Source: Octopus sinensis
Taxonomy: Eukaryota
Reading direction: 5' to 3'
NCBI RefSeq assembly: GCF_006345805.1
Contig: NC_043004.1
Span: 79,670,001-79,734,000 of the forward strand
DNA length: 64,000 nt
Part shown: positions 12,901 to 28,400 of the stretch, one piece after another
Numbering within the stretch: the first letter of the stretch is position 1
Layout: each line of letters begins with the position of its first letter
Translations under genes and position numbers: made by a program
The notes under the pieces: model-generated
What the model saw: the letters and a program-made list of their open reading frames with translations, nothing else
Databases searched by the model: none
Told to the model about the DNA's origin: nothing

Positions 12901-15900
12901 ATACACACACACATGCAATAAATATATCTACACATATACAGCATACATTTAAATGGCAAGTATTGGTGATTTGGTTTATTGTGTGTTTCTTTTCTTTCGC
13001 TTTTTCCAGTCCAGAAAATCAACTTCAGATATGGAATCAACTAAAACTATTAAGTAAGTAGACTAATCTTAATCCTTGACAGAAAACTCTTTTTATGAAC
13101 AGTTAATCCCATCTTTTCAGAAGAAACCATTTAACAGATTCAGATTTTGTCTTTTGTTATTCAGCCATGCGATATACCACAGCTTTTACCTATTTATAAG
13201 ATATCCCTCTTATTCATTGCTGTCTCACAGTGTCACCTAACTGGCTCTCGTGCTGGTGGCACATAAAAATCACCATTCGAGCATGGTAGTTGCCATTGCC
13301 GCCTGACTGGCTCCTGTACAGGTGGCACGTAAAAAGCACCATTTGAGCATGGTTGATGCTAGTACTGCCTAACTGGTGGCACATAAAAGCACCCACTACA
13401 CTCTTGGAGTGGTTGGTGTTAGGAAGGGCATCCAGCTGTAGAAACTTAGCCAGATCAGATTGGAGCCTAATGCAGCCTCTAGCTCACTAGCCCTCAGTCA
13501 AACCATCCAACCCATGCCAGCATAAAAAGTGGATGTTAAATGATGATGATGATTTCTGTTGAAATACATTCTTGTTATTTCAATTGGTTTTTGAAAATAA
13601 TGAAGAATTTCGTAAAATATCTTTGGCATTGTGAAGCTGGTGTTTGGAATATAAATTAAATTGAAACTTTTGATACAAGGTTTTAACTTAGTCCACTTTA
13701 ATCATCATCATCCTACTTCCGTTTTCCATGCTGGCATGGGTTGGGTGGTTTGACAGCAGCCAGCAAGCCTAGGAACCGCAAAAGGTTCTGCTGTCTGTTT
13801 TTGGCTTGGTTTTGATGCCCTTTTTAACGCCAACCACTTCACAGAGTGTACTGGGAGCTTTTCTTTTTATGTGGCACGTACCTTTGTTTCAACTGATTTT
13901 TGAAAATAATTAAGTATTTAGTAAAACTACTTTGTCATTATTAATTAACCTGATGTAATTTAAATTAAAATTTTCCATAAAAATTGGCATGAAATTTTTA
14001 TGGAAAATTTTAATTCGAATCACTTTAAAACTGGGAGTTTATATCATAGAACCAAGAACAGTCTCAGGTTGGTTGGTGCCAGAAAGGTTAAGACATCAGT
14101 ATGTGATTTGAGGGTAATTTAACTGTATTTGTTAGTGAGTCAAGTGGGTGCATGTAAAAATCTGTCATTGAAGATCTCTAACAAATGTTACGATTGGTGA
14201 CATAACCATGTGCAAACATTACTCCCAAGTTTATTTTATTTGTTTACAGGTTTCACCCGAACCATATCTGCTGTTTATTTGTGTAGTATGCTAGCTCTGC
14301 TGCTCAGAGTTCAACTCAATGTTATCGGTGCATATATTTACAGAGATAAATTTATAGAAAAGACAAGTGATATTGTAAGTTAAATTCTAGTTTAAAAATT
14401 TTTATCCTTTTCTTATTCTGATGTTCGAATTAATGTTTTGATATCATCATCATCATCGTTTAACATCCGTTTTCCATGCTATTATGGGTTGGACGGTTCG
14501 ACCGGGGTCTGGGAAGCCAGGAGGCTGCACCAGGCCCAGTCTGATCTGGCAATGTTTCTACAGCTGGATGCCCTTCCTAACGCCAACCAAAAAAAAAATA
14601 TATATATATATATATAGGCGCTGGAGTGGCTGTGTGGTAAGTAGCTTGCTAACTGATCACATGGTTCCGGGTTCAGTCCCATTGCGTGGCATCTTGGGCA
14701 AGTGTCTTCTGCTATAGCCTCGGGCCGACCAATGACTTGTGAGTGGATTTGGTAGACGGAAACTGAAAGAAGCCTGTCGTATATATGTATATATATGTAT
14801 GTGTATGTGTGTTTGTGTGTCTGTGTTTGTCCCCCTAGCATTGCTTGACAACCGATGTTGGTGTGTTTGCATCCCCGTCACTTAGCGAATCGGCAAAAGA
14901 GACCGATAGAATAAGTACTGGGCTTACAAAGAATAAGTCCCAGGGTCGATTTGCTCGACTGAAGGCGGTGCTCCAGCATGGCCGCAGTCAAATGACTGAA
15001 ACAAGTAAAAAAAGAAAAGAAAGAAAGAATATATAAACACATACATGTGTGCGTGTGTAGTCATTTTCATGTCCATTTTTCCCTGGTTGAATGGGTCAGA
15101 TGGAATTTGTTGAAGCAGATTTTCTATGTGAAAGGTAGGAGAGTCCAGTTTGCTGGACATTGTTGTAGAGCTGAAAAGGAGACAATTTCTACTCTTCTCC
15201 TCTGGAAGCCATCTACTTGCAATACCAGAGGGCGCACACTCTCCTACCCTGATGTAATCTCCAGGGATAGCATCCAGCAACAGGACCTCTGTAATGCCAT
15301 GATGGACCGTGAAGTCTGGCGTAGCATGGTAAATTCCATTGTCTCGACCACGGTCGAACAATGACGATAATGATGGCTGGATGCCTTTCCTATTGCCAAC
15401 ATTCACCTGTTTTCAAACAAGGTAATATTTTTTCCATGTCCAGACATGTTTTGGAGCAAGATTGGAAATGAAAGTGTCTGCTTATATGATGGTGATGCTT
15501 ACAATCATCACATGATGTCAAAACAAGGACACACACACACACACACATGGCAGACCTCTTTTACCCTCCATCTAAGAAATCCACTCACAAGGCTTTGGTT
15601 AACCTGAGGCTATAGTAGAAAACACTTGTCCTAAGTTCCACACAACGGAACTGAACTCAGAACCATGCAGTTGGAAAATGATCTATTTAACCACACTGGC
15701 ACACAAAAAAACAATTATAAAAAATAACAAGAATAAAATGGAAAAAGCAGTCATTTCCATTCATTTAAGACTTTTGTACATATTTGGTCCCATTTTAAGT
15801 AATTTCTTTTGGATTCTTTAAGGAATCAGAGACTGACGGTCCTACTTTAGACATACAAGAACGGTTACTTGCAGTAGTGGAACATTTATTAGGTGAAGGT

Positions 15901-18900
15901 AAGATAATATATTTGTATTTTTTAGCAATTTTATATTAAAGAATTTTTGTATTTTACTGGATTATTCTGCAAATCCAAACATCATCATTATCATCAAATG
16001 TCAGTTTTCTATGCTGGTATGGCTTGGACAGGAGCTGGCAAGCCAGAGAGCTGCACCAGGCCCCAGTTGTCTGTTTTGGCAGGGTTTTTTTACTGCTGGA
16101 TGCCCTTCCTAAAGCCAACCACTTTACAGAGTATGTTAGGTGCCTTTCCCGTGGCACCAGTGCGAGTGCCTTTCCCGTGGCACCAGCGTGGGTGCCTTAG
16201 AAGCACTAAGCCACTGGCATATAGGAGCTTCCAGAGGCCACTGTTATGGCCTGGATGACCATGATAAATAGGAGGAGGCTGAGAACTAAACTATGGCAGA
16301 TACTTCCTTGCACTCTGAATTCCTTGATGAACTGATTTCTAACCCTCACTTTGCAGGGAAACCTTCTCTGGACATGGCTCTCTCTCTCCAACCATTCTCC
16401 AACTTCTAGCTTTGGAAGTGAGCTCCAGACTATAGATTATAGGATTATAGCTCATCAAATGCTAGGTACAGAGGATTACTCTTGGCTAGGAACTTGCTGT
16501 CTCAATATTCTTTTCTACTCTAGACACAAGGCCTGAAATTTTTGGGGAGGGGGCCAGTTGATTAGATCAATCCCAGTACACAACTGGTACTTAATTTATC
16601 GACCCCAAAAGGATGAAAGGCAAAGTTGACCTCTGCGGAATTTGAACTCAGAACGTAGTGGCAGACGAAATACCACTATGCATTTCGCCCAGTATGCTCA
16701 CATTTATGCCAGCTTGCTGTCTTGCTAGTATTATTTACAAATTGTTTATCTCAACTTTGATTAATTAACTTGTTAAATGAGTGGATTAAATGAATGTTAT
16801 TTTTGTTAAATCCATTTCTAAACATTTCCATTGATTTGTTTCTGTTGGTCATAGGTCTTAGAACTCTGTCAGAACATGTGAAGTCAGCTGTGACCAAAGC
16901 TATAGGAATGTAAGTATAAATTGTTCCTTTTGTTAAAATAAAAAAACGAAAAAAAAATTTAGTAATTGGAGTTGGCAGATATTTTTGGAAGTGACCCCAG
17001 GACTTATTCTTTGTAAGCCTAGTACTTATTCTACCGGTCTTTTTTGCCAAACCGCTAGGTTATGGGGGACATAAACACACTACCATCAGTTGTCAAACAA
17101 TGTTGGGGGGACAAATGCAGACACATAAACACACACACACACATACATATATGTATACACATATACGAAGGTCTTCTTTCAGTTTCCATCTACCAAATCC
17201 ACTCACAAGGCTTTGGTTGGCCCGAGGCTATAGTAGAAGACACTTGCCCAAGGTGCCACGCAGTGGGACTGAACCAAGAACCATGTGGTTGGTAAACAAG
17301 CTACTTACCACACAGCTACTCCTGCACCTGTATATATATTAGAAGAAATAAGGAACTCAGAAATCTGGATGGTTTTATATTTACAGATATTTATTAATAT
17401 GTCACATGTTTTTATAAATCATGTATTAGCGTTTGCATCTACTCTAGTAAATACCTGAACATCACCTCCTAACCTTCTAATATATATATATATAGTCAAT
17501 TCAAATAGAGAAAACAATGAACATGAGGATGTGCACAAGAAGTGTATTAGCTTGACGCTTGGTGACAGGAGAGGGTTTAATGTTTCGAGCATAGCTCTTC
17601 GTCGAAAAGGAGGAAACGAGATTACCAACAGCCCAAGTGTAGTTACATTGTGATGAGCTGGCAGAACTGTCATCACGGTGGACAAAACACTTAGTAACAT
17701 GTCATATGTCTTGACATTCTGAGTTCATTTTCTGCTGAGATCGACTTTGCCTTTCATCCTTTTAGTGTCAATAAAATAGTACCAGCTGAGTGCTTGAGGT
17801 GATGTAATTGACTTAACCCTCCCCCAAACTTGCTGGCCTTGTACCAAAATCTTTGCTTGGATATTTACCACTTCCGAGGTTCTGCCTGCTATCTTCTCCA
17901 TTCCTTAACCATTGTGTGTATCTGTGTATATATGATTAAAGAAGAATGGAGAGTTGGTAAGGATATAAAATTAATTTATTAACATACTGCCAAAAGCCTG
18001 CCTATGTACATTTCAATTCAGTCCAATATATAATTGCAACAAATTCAAAGATTGGAATAAATCCAAAAGATTAGAATAAGATAGCATTTTGAATAATATT
18101 GGGTAGAATCTCATCGGGGCTAGAGTACAATAGAAATAGTTATGTGTTGATGGATTGGATTTTATCAATGGATTCTTTTTTTTCTTTTTTTTGCAGTATG
18201 TTAATAAATTTATTTCATATCCTTACTAACTCACCATTCTTTAATCATATTTATACTTACAACAATAATCCCATATATATCGAAGAGATATTCCTCAACA
18301 GTGTTGGTGATTGAATCAGTGAAATTTTGGATACAATAATCCCTTACAAGGATTAGATATCCTCACATTGACTTATATATATATATATCTGTACGTATAA
18401 ATTTGACATGGGTGATTCTTTCTTGTCAAACAGCTGGGTGGAATTGCACGAAAAATTACACATGTGTAGAATGATCCGGTGGTGTTGCTGGGCTTTGTAT
18501 GTTCTTCATAGCTCCCATGGTTGCCGAGATAATCTGCTATAATAATACTTATTTCTTTACTACCCAGAAGGGACAAACAAGGGGATTAAGTTGATCATAT
18601 TGACCCCAGTGCGTAACTGGTACTTATTTAATCGACCCCGAAAGGATGAAAGGCAAAGTCGACCTCGGCGGAATTTGAACTCAGAACGTAGCGACAGACG
18701 AAATACTGCTGAGCATTTCGCCCGACGTGCTAACGATTCTGCCAGCTCGCCGTGTTTATGAATGAGAAAGGAAGGGATGGTGTCAAACATTAATTCTATT
18801 TGTTCAAAGTTTATGCTACTGACAACTGTTTTACATTGTATTTACGTCAAGTAGTTTAACAAAGTACAGTTTATATGATTGTTTGTGTACATACAACATC

Positions 18901-19383
18901 TTCACTGTCATATACTTGGTTTTTCATTCATGGTTGAGGTTCAGATGAGGTACAATGACTACATTAGACTTTGATTTCACAAATTAAGATGATTTTAGTT
19001 ATATCAGAGTACTGAAACCTTCCAGTTACTACAGCCATTGGCAACTTAACATTTTTATTAATTTGGATTTTTTTGTTAATTTGTTGTCTTAAAATATTTT
19101 GTTGTTTTTTTTTTAATTTATTTTTTTTTGTTTTTGAATACAAAGAGATGGTGAAACTGGGAAAAACACCTAGTATATGTGACCGCGTGTGTACCATTGG
19201 CGATTTTTTTTTTTTTTCTTCCGTATTCCGTTCTTTGGGTCTTTCTTTTTCCTATGTTTCTGACGAAGAGTTCCACTTGAAACGTTAAAACCTTTTTCTT
19301 TTCTGAGCATCCAATAATACTATACTTGTTCCACGTCCTTGCATTGTTGTGTTTTCTCTTTGTGTTTTCATGTTTGGATTAAC

Positions 19384-19419
<36 letters not shown>

Positions 19420-22400
19420 TTGTATTTTCTATTACTTCTTTAGAATTTCTCTGAAGGAAAAGCTGACATCACAGCGTGTACAGAACATAATACATCAGGT
19501 ACGGTTTGCAGTTGAATGTGATTGCGATGCTGGGCCAACTGGAACACCAAGTTGTCATAAATTAGCCACATTTATATTGCCGCCAGAAGACAAGCCTGAT
19601 GTTGTAAGTGGTTTTCCTTCTACCAGTTCTTGGAATTCTGTTGTATTTTCCTGGTCACATCATTATTTAATGTCTGCTTTCCATGCTTGTCATATATATT
19701 CCACACTGGTTGGTGTTTGGAAGGGCATCCAGCTGTAAAAACCTTGTCAAAACTGACCTCGCCTGTGTTTGAACCACATAAAATGCACTAAGTCCACTCT
19801 GCTGAGTGGTTGGTATTAGGGAGGGCATCCAGCTGTAAAACTCCTGCCAAAACAGTTACAGAAGTCTGGTGCAGGCTTCTGCTTGGCCGGCTCTTGTGAA
19901 ATCATTCCACCCATACCAGCATGGAAGGTGGGTGTTAAATGATGATGATAATATATATATATATAAAATGTATGTATATATGTATATAATCATCATCATT
20001 TAATGTTCCTTTTTCCATGCTTGCATGGGCTGGATGGTTTGATATGACCAGTCATGCTTTGGAATGGTTTCTATAACTGGATGTCCTTCTTAATGCCAAC
20101 CACTTCACAGAGTGAACTATATATATATATATAAATATGTGTGTGTGTGTGTATCTTTGTGTTTGTACCCCATCAGTTTGTTTACAGTTTAGCAAAAGAG
20201 CCAGATAGAATAAGTACTTGGCTTAAAAATAAGTACTAGAAGAGATTTGTTCAACTAAACCTTCTGAGTCTGTACCCCAGCATGGCTGCAGTCCAATGAG
20301 TGAAGCAAGCAGAAGACCGAATAAAAAGAGACATGTTCATGTTTAATGAGGATGACTGTATTTATTTCTTATATTAAGGGATTGCTGAAAAGTTTTTGGG
20401 TTTGGTTAGTAGAAAATTCAGCAGGATCAGTTATGATTTTATTCAACATATTCCCCGCTCAGATTCGCACGCTTATTACTGCAGTTCTTCAGTTTTTCTA
20501 AGCCCTATAGAAGAACTTGGAAGTTTGGGCTTCCAACCAGGCCTTTTGTGATACCCTTAAAGCCAGGAACTTTTCAGCTTATCCTCATTGAAATAGGATG
20601 TCTTTCATGTAGAAACAGTCTACATTTCTTTAGTTCTAAGGAGAAGGATAACTCGTTATTCAAATGAAGATGAAATATGTGCAGTTCTGTTCTCATTTAA
20701 TTACAACCGCTGAATAAATAATGTCATAGTTAAGAATGGTGAATGGGGGCATATGGATTAGTGGTTAGGGTGTTGGACTTGTGATTGTAAGATTGTAGTT
20801 TTGATTCCTGGACCGGGTGATGCATTGTGTTCTTGAACAAAACACTTCATTTCAATTTGCTCCAGTCCACTCAGCTGGCAAAAGTGAGTTAATCCTGTGA
20901 CGGACCAGCGTCCCATCCAGGTGGTGAATATATACAACATGGAAACTGGGAAACTGGCCCCTTATGAGCGTGGCATGACTCAAGAAGGTGGAGGGACAGA
21001 TGTTAGGAAAATAAGAGATGGAAATAAATTGACAGGGACAAATTAGAAGCAGGGGTACAGACGTGAGACAGATGGCCCTCCTCAAACATACTGAATCACC
21101 AAACATCTTATCCATGAGGCTTAACATCGTGAGGTTGGTCTTTACTGCTTCATCCTATGTCTTTCTTGGTCTCTCGCTCTCACAGGTTCCATCCACATCT
21201 GGTGACTGGCATTTCCTTATGTAGCTGTCCTTGTCTGTATGCATTACATGACTTGTACCAGCACAGTCTTACACTCTACATCTGATGCCTTTATGCCCAA
21301 TTTTTCTCTCAACACATTTACACTTTGATGTTGCACATTCAGAGGAGCGTTCTGGTGTCAGTGTGTATACACAACAAAGTGCAAATGGAAATGGTACTCG
21401 TACACACTTATAACAGTCTACTTTCAATTTCTGTCTGTCTACCAAATCCATTCATAAGGTTTTGGTCATAGAAGGCGTTAACCCAGGGTACCACGTAGTG
21501 ATCCTGAACTCAAAACCACAAGGTTGAGCAGCAAACTTCGTAACCACACGACCATGCCACTATCAAAGAAACAACTGTGGCAGAAGCAGTTCTACTTTTC
21601 AACAACATCCTTCAATCCATCCATTAATTAGTGGAGACAGAATACCTGTTTCTCTGCTGTTTCAATTCCCCAATTAACCTGTTTGATTGCTTAAATATTT
21701 TCTTTATTATTTCTTTGTTTTCTATATTCTTTGCAGGTTCTCAGTTCCAGATCCAGTGAGGACATTCTTTTCAACAAAATGTTATCTGAAATTAGAGATA
21801 TTGTCGAGAGGTAACAAAGATTTCTCATGTGGACATCCACCTTTTCACCCCCACCACCACTTATCTTTACTGTTCACCACCTTCCCCCTCTTCCTTACAT
21901 TTACCCCAATTCCTATTTCTAGTCTTCTCTCACACCCTCTTTGCACCCTTTACAAATCTTCTGTTTCTGCTCTCTCTTCCATTCATGTCCTTATACCTCG
22001 GACTTATGCTCCAATACCTCCTCACCACCATCATTATCTCTCTTACCACCTCCACCCCAGTTATTCCAACCCACTCTTATACAATACAAAATAGTCATGT
22101 AGCTCCTGTTTCTTCCCCGTCATCATCATCATTTAGTGTCTCTTGTCCATGCTAGCATGGGTTGGACGGTTTGACCAGGGCTGGTAAGCTGGAACACTGT
22201 ACCAGACCCCAGTCTGATTTGGCATGGTTTCTACAGCTGGATGCCCTTCCTAACACCAACCACTCCTAGAGTGTAATGGATGCTTTTATGTGCCACTGGC
22301 ATGACACCTTTCCCCAGCAGTGTCTAAATGCTTGGTGGATCAGCTCAGGAGGGGACCTCTGTGTTTGGGACCTTGTCTTGTCTTAGGTGATTTTCAAAAG

Positions 22401-25400
22401 CTTCTCAAGCAGAATAATGGGGAAAGCTGACATCAATCAATCCCGAAATACTAAAGCAATCGTGGAGGCGCAATGGCCCAGTGGTTAGGGCAGCGGACTC
22501 GCGGTCGTAGGATCGCGGTTTCGATTCCCAGACCGGGCGTTGTGAGTGTTTATTGAGCGAAAACACCTAAAGCTCCACAAGGCTCCGGCAGGGGATGGTG
22601 GTGATCCCTGCTGTACTCTTTCACCACAACTTTCTCTCACTCTTACTTCCTGTTTCTGTTGTACCTGTATTTCAAAGGGCCGTCCTTGTCACTCTCTGTG
22701 TCACGCTGAATGTCCCCGAGAACTACGTTAAGGGTACACGTGTCTGTGGAGTGCTCAGCCACTTACACGTTAATTTCATGAGCAGGCTGTTCTGTTGATC
22801 GGATCATCCAGAACCCTCGTCGTTGGAACCGACGGAGTGCTTCCACTAAAGCAATGGCATCAAAGAGGATGATATCAGTTGTATTATCTCTGCTGATTGA
22901 AGAGGTCTAAAGTTCAGGAAATGGAGACTGGTGGTGGCATCATTGGTGTCCTTTTTACATCCATTTTTTCCCTTGCTTACAAGATGCCCTTCCTATTGCT
23001 AATCCTTACTGTCATCCAGCAGGAATGAACCCATAACTTCATGATTCGCAGCTGGTTTCCTCTTCAGTCAGTGTTTGGAAAGTCCTTGCAGTTTTGCACT
23101 TTTTTGTTGCCGAGACTGCAGCGAGTGCTGGAGACTTAAACTAAAAGCATTAAGCTTCAGGGAAAAGCAAACGAATACAAGAACGGAAGCAAGAAAGCTT
23201 AGAATGATTCACACACACACAACAGACGAACACCTTTTGGCTATAACAGCAGAAGGAAAATAATTGTACATTTACAAATAAATAAATAACAGAAAGGGTC
23301 TTTGGACTATCGTGTCAGGTGACACGCTGTACTTGGGGAGCCCTATTGAGTCGAGTAAAATCAAATCAAAAATCACAATCAGAATTTCAATCAAATCAAA
23401 AGCAAAAATGGAAATTGTAGTTGTGGCTGATGCCAGTGTCTCCTGATTGGTTCCTGTGCTGATGGCATGCAGTAAGCACCATTCATGTGTGAGTGGTTGC
23501 CAGTTCCGCCTGACTGGCTCCCCTTACTAGTGGCTCATAAAAAGCACCATCCAAACACGGCTGATACCATCCCCCCATCCCCCCTACTGGCTCCTGTGCC
23601 AGTGGCACGTAAAAAGCACTATCTGAACGTGGCCAATGCCAAGGGCCAGACTGGCTCCCGTGCTGGTGGCATGCACTAAGCACCATTCATGTGCAAGTCA
23701 TTGCCAGTGCTGCCCGACTGGCTCCTGTGCCAGTGGCATATAAAAAGCACCATCCAAACATGGCTGATGCCAGTGGCCTCCAGCTGGCTCCCATACCAGT
23801 GGCATGTATAAAAAGTACCCAGTACACTCTCAGAATGGTTGGCGTTAGGAAGGGCATTTAGCTGTAGGAACCTTTTGTGATCAGACTGGAACCTGGTGCA
23901 GCCTCCTGGTTTGCCAGTCCTCAGTCAAACCATCCAACCTATGCCAGCATGGAAAATGGACATTAAACGATGATGATATATAAATTTTCTTTATTATGTT
24001 ATCTTCTTACCTGCAAAAACCTTAACAAATTTCTCTCTTTTGTTCCAGCGATGATTTTCACACTGTGCTTTTCTTTTGCTTTGATTTGGGTTTTATGCAT
24101 TTGAATGAAAAACTCTCAGAGAATTTCTCTGTTCCTTACACAGCACACCCACCGAGTCGAGCAAATCTGAGGTAAGTTTTTCCAAAATAAAATTCATGAA
24201 CCTTATAAGATATGGCTGTGTGGTAAGGAGCTTGCTTCCCAACCACATGGTTCCTGGTCCAGTCCCACTGTGTGGCACCTTGGGCAGGTGTCTTCTACTA
24301 TAGCGTCAGACCATCCAAAGCCTTGTGAATTAATTTGATAGACAGAAACGGAAAGAAGCCTGTCATATATATATATATATATATATCCGTGTGTTTGTCT
24401 GCCACCACTGCTTGACAACTGGTGTTGGTTTGTTTATGTCCCCGTAACTTAGCTTTTGGCAAAAGAGACTGATAGAAAAGGTACCAGGCTTTAAAAAAAA
24501 AAGTACAGGGGTTGATTCATTTGATAAAAAATTCAAAGCAGTGCTCCAGCATGGCTATAGTCTAATGACTAAAACAAGTAAAAAATCAGATAACTTGTCT
24601 ATTTATTCACCCTTGCCCTGTTTTCTCCTTTGAACCAGTTCTCCTCAAAGACCGAGTCCTCTGGAGGTATGCTGTGACTGAGAAGACCTGGCAAATAAAA
24701 TGAGTCCACAGCAGTAACCTACACCAGTGTCACATAACCAGCCCACTCAAAAGTACCTTGGATCATAGGGCGACATGCTGTGCTTGAGGAGACCTATTAA
24801 GTCAAGTACATCAGCATCAACATCAGTATCAAAATCAAATCTAATGGAAATTGTAGTTGTAAAAAGCACCATCCGAACGTGGCCGATACCAGCTCCTCTG
24901 GCCCCTGTACCAGTGGCACCTAAAAGCACCCACTACACTCTTGGAGTGGTTGGCGTTAGGAAGGGCATCCACCTGTAGAAACACTGCTTGATCAGATTGG
25001 GTTTTGGTGCAGCCTCCTGGCTTCCCTGATCCCAGTCGAACCGTCCAACCCATGCCAGCATGGAAAGCAGATGTTAAATGATGATGATGATGATGGTACA
25101 CTAATATTCTTTTCAAAACTGAACTAAAATCATAACTAAAAGTATAGGGAAAAACTTTTATTCAGGTTACACAGCGACACACCTAGCATCATCCCATGGC
25201 ACACTAGTGTGCCATGGCATACTGGTTGTGAAGCACTGCTTTAACTGCTCAATGGTCTCAACTGCTTTAAACAGTTGAGACCATTGGACTAGGAAATAAA
25301 TATTTGCCCCTCACCATGGCCAATTTCCTGTCCTGTCTATTTTATTTCATCATTATTTCCTCTTGCAAGTGACGAGGCAACCTCACTAGTGCTGGTGGCA

Positions 25401-28400
25401 CAAAACCCCCTGAAAAACCACTAGGTATACACTAACTGTAAAGTGGTTGGCATTAGGAAGAACATCTAGCCATAGAAACCCTGCCAAAGCTGACATTGGG
25501 TCTGATGTTGCTCTGCAGCTCGTCAGGGCCCTTCAAACCATCCAGCCCACCTCGGAATGGAAAATGGACATCAAATGAATCTTTGTTTTTTTTTTTACTT
25601 GTTTCAACCATTAGACTGCAGCCATGCTGGGGCACACTGCCTTGAAGAATTTTAGTTCAACAAAACCCCACTAAATATATTTTAAACCTTGTACTTATTC
25701 TATATATATATAATGAAATTATTGTATACAGTTCTCAGGTGCACCACAACTAAAATAGTCACAGCTGGAAACCCTTGATAGAGCAGACCCGGGGCTAAAT
25801 AACATCTTATCTGATTCCATTTCCTTTAACAAAAGGCTCATAAATACACACATCGCCCGGTCTGAGATTCGAACCCACAATCTCTCGACCGCGAGTCCGC
25901 TGCTCTAACCACTAGGCCATGTGGTTATTGGTCTCTTTTGCTGAACTGTTAAGTTACAATCATTAGCCAACTGCTCTAACCACTAAGCCATGCACTTTAA
26001 ACTAACCAATGAGATTACCATCAGATTCAAAAGACCCCTCAAACGAGATGGGTATAATTTTGAGAAAGGTGTCTTTGTGGTAGGTGTTGAGAAATAAAAG
26101 CATGATAGACGGACAGGAAGAGATGTCTTTCTTTAGTAGAGCAAATTTTCCCTCACACCTCTTTATTTACTTTACTTTACTTACTTGTTTCAGTCGTTTG
26201 ACTGCAGCCATGCTGGAGCACCGCCTTTAGTCGAGCAAATTGACCCTGGGACTTATTCTTTGTAAGCCTAGTACTTATTCTATCGGCCTCTTTTGCCAAT
26301 CTGCTAAGTGACGGGGAAATAAACACACCACCATCGGTTTTCAATGCTAGGAGGACAAACACAGACACATGTTGATTCGTTAGCTACTGCACGCATTTTT
26401 TTTCTCTCCTTCTTTCTGTGTTTTTCTCTCTCTGTGTATCTTTCTGTTGAAGAGCGTAGGCTCGAAACGTTAAAGACTTGTTTTATTTATATTTCCTGAG
26501 CGCCATACTAATACAATTGTTCGTTTGTTTTCCACCTGCCTTCGTCTTTTGTTTATTTTCATAAAGCTTCCCGTTATATATATATATATATATATATACG
26601 CACACACATATATACGGCGGGCTTCTTTCAGTTTCTTCTATCAAATCCACTCACAAGGCTTTGTTTGGCCTGAGGCTATAGTAGAAGACACTTGCCCAAG
26701 ATGCCATGCAGTGGGACCGAACCTGGAACCATGTGGTTGGTAAGCAAGCTACTTACCACACAGCCACTCCTGTGCCTATGAATGGATATGTCAGATATCT
26801 TTACATGTTTCACTCCACTTATTCGTTTTTCTGTCTTTCCTCTTTTCATTTCAGTGAAGTAGAAATACCAATGGCGAAGTTCATCCCAATTATCAACAAA
26901 CAAGTTTACCATTTATGTTCAAACACACCAAACAGGTTTTTTCAGGTAGCGTTCTGTTTATATTTTCTCCATTTTGTTTTTTATTTTACTTGTTTCAATC
27001 ATTGGAGAGCACTGATGCTGGGGCACCACCACCCTGAAGTAGGATTTTAGCCAAACAAATCAGCCCCAGTATTTTTGGGTTTTAAAAATTTTTTTTTTTT
27101 TAAATTTGGCATTTATACCATTGGTCCTTTTGGCCAGATCACTAAATTACAGGGATGTAAACAAACCAACATTGGTCGACAATTAATTGTGGGTGGTAGC
27201 ACACACACACACGTGCAAGTAGAACACAAATGTGTGTGTGTGTATGTATAGACAAGAAGAAAATGGAGGAAAAATAACAATCAGAAGTGTCTTTTGCACT
27301 AGTAAACCATTATTTAATTACACCTTTATTTACTAATTAAGTATTGGCTTAATAGCGCAAAATACAGACTTCTGTTTATTATTTTTCCTCCATTTTCTTC
27401 TCATCTATATTAAACTACGGTTTACCTGCTTTAATATAATAATATAATAATAATGAAATTATTGTATACAGTGCTCAGGTGCACCACAACTTGTCAGAAA
27501 GTGCATATAAAGTACATGCAGTAATGTAGAAATGTTTGGAAAGTGAACATGCTTGTGTGTGTATGGAGGGGAGAAAAATCAAGTGTAGTGTTGGCGAATC
27601 TCAGGAAGCATGGAAGTCTTGAAGGATGCAGTGCTCCGACAACTAACAACCGATGCCGGCAGTTTGTTCCATGCTTCAGCAACTCTCAGCGTGAAAAAAT
27701 GTTTCCTGAAGTCATGGGAGCTGTGCTGTTTTCTTACTTTGTAAATATGTCCACGGGTGTTAGATGGGTGGAGTTTGAAGAGGTGCTCAGTGTTATTGTT
27801 TGTGCGATGGTTGATAATTTTATGGGTGTCTGCCAGGTCAGCTGCCAGACGTCGGAGTTTCAATGTGTCCATGCCCAGGGAAGTAAGGCGTTCAGGATAT
27901 GGCAAATGCCTGATGGAGGGTATTCTTTTGGTTGCACGTCGCTGAACAGCTTCCAGATGTATATGTTTTACCAATGAGGACAGTGGTAATTAAATTTGAA
28001 GATTTTTGGTGGATTATGAATATATAGGATTTTGAGCAATAAATTCTTTACAGAGAAATGTAGATTCTGCACAAGGACACCACATCTGATACTGAGACTC
28101 TGTCAGTTGTGATGACAAGTATTCCAGTTGATCCAATCAATGGAACAGCGTACACATGAAATTAAAGTGCAAGTGGCTGAGCACTCCACAGACACATGTA
28201 CCCTTAATGCAGTTCTCAGGGAGATTCAGTGTGACACAGAATGTGACAAGGCTGGCCCTTTGAAATACAGGTACGACTCATTTTTGCCAGCTGAGTGAAT
28301 TGGGACAAGGGGAAATAAAGTGTCTTGCTTAAGGACACAACACACCACCAAGAATTGAACTTACGATCCTGAGCCAAGTAGCCTAACCACTGAGCCATGA

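Noticed and set aside
22464-22537. tRNA-Arg-like sequence (also about 25855-25922 on minus)
   Set aside because: It is a SINE head with no proper acceptor stem. It continues into the SINE body and is flanked by a TSD.
23450-23820. Repeat-spacer-like array with conserved TAAAAAGCACCAT anchors
   Set aside because: The intervening segments are homologous to each other and recur in many dispersed SINE copies, so this is not CRISPR.
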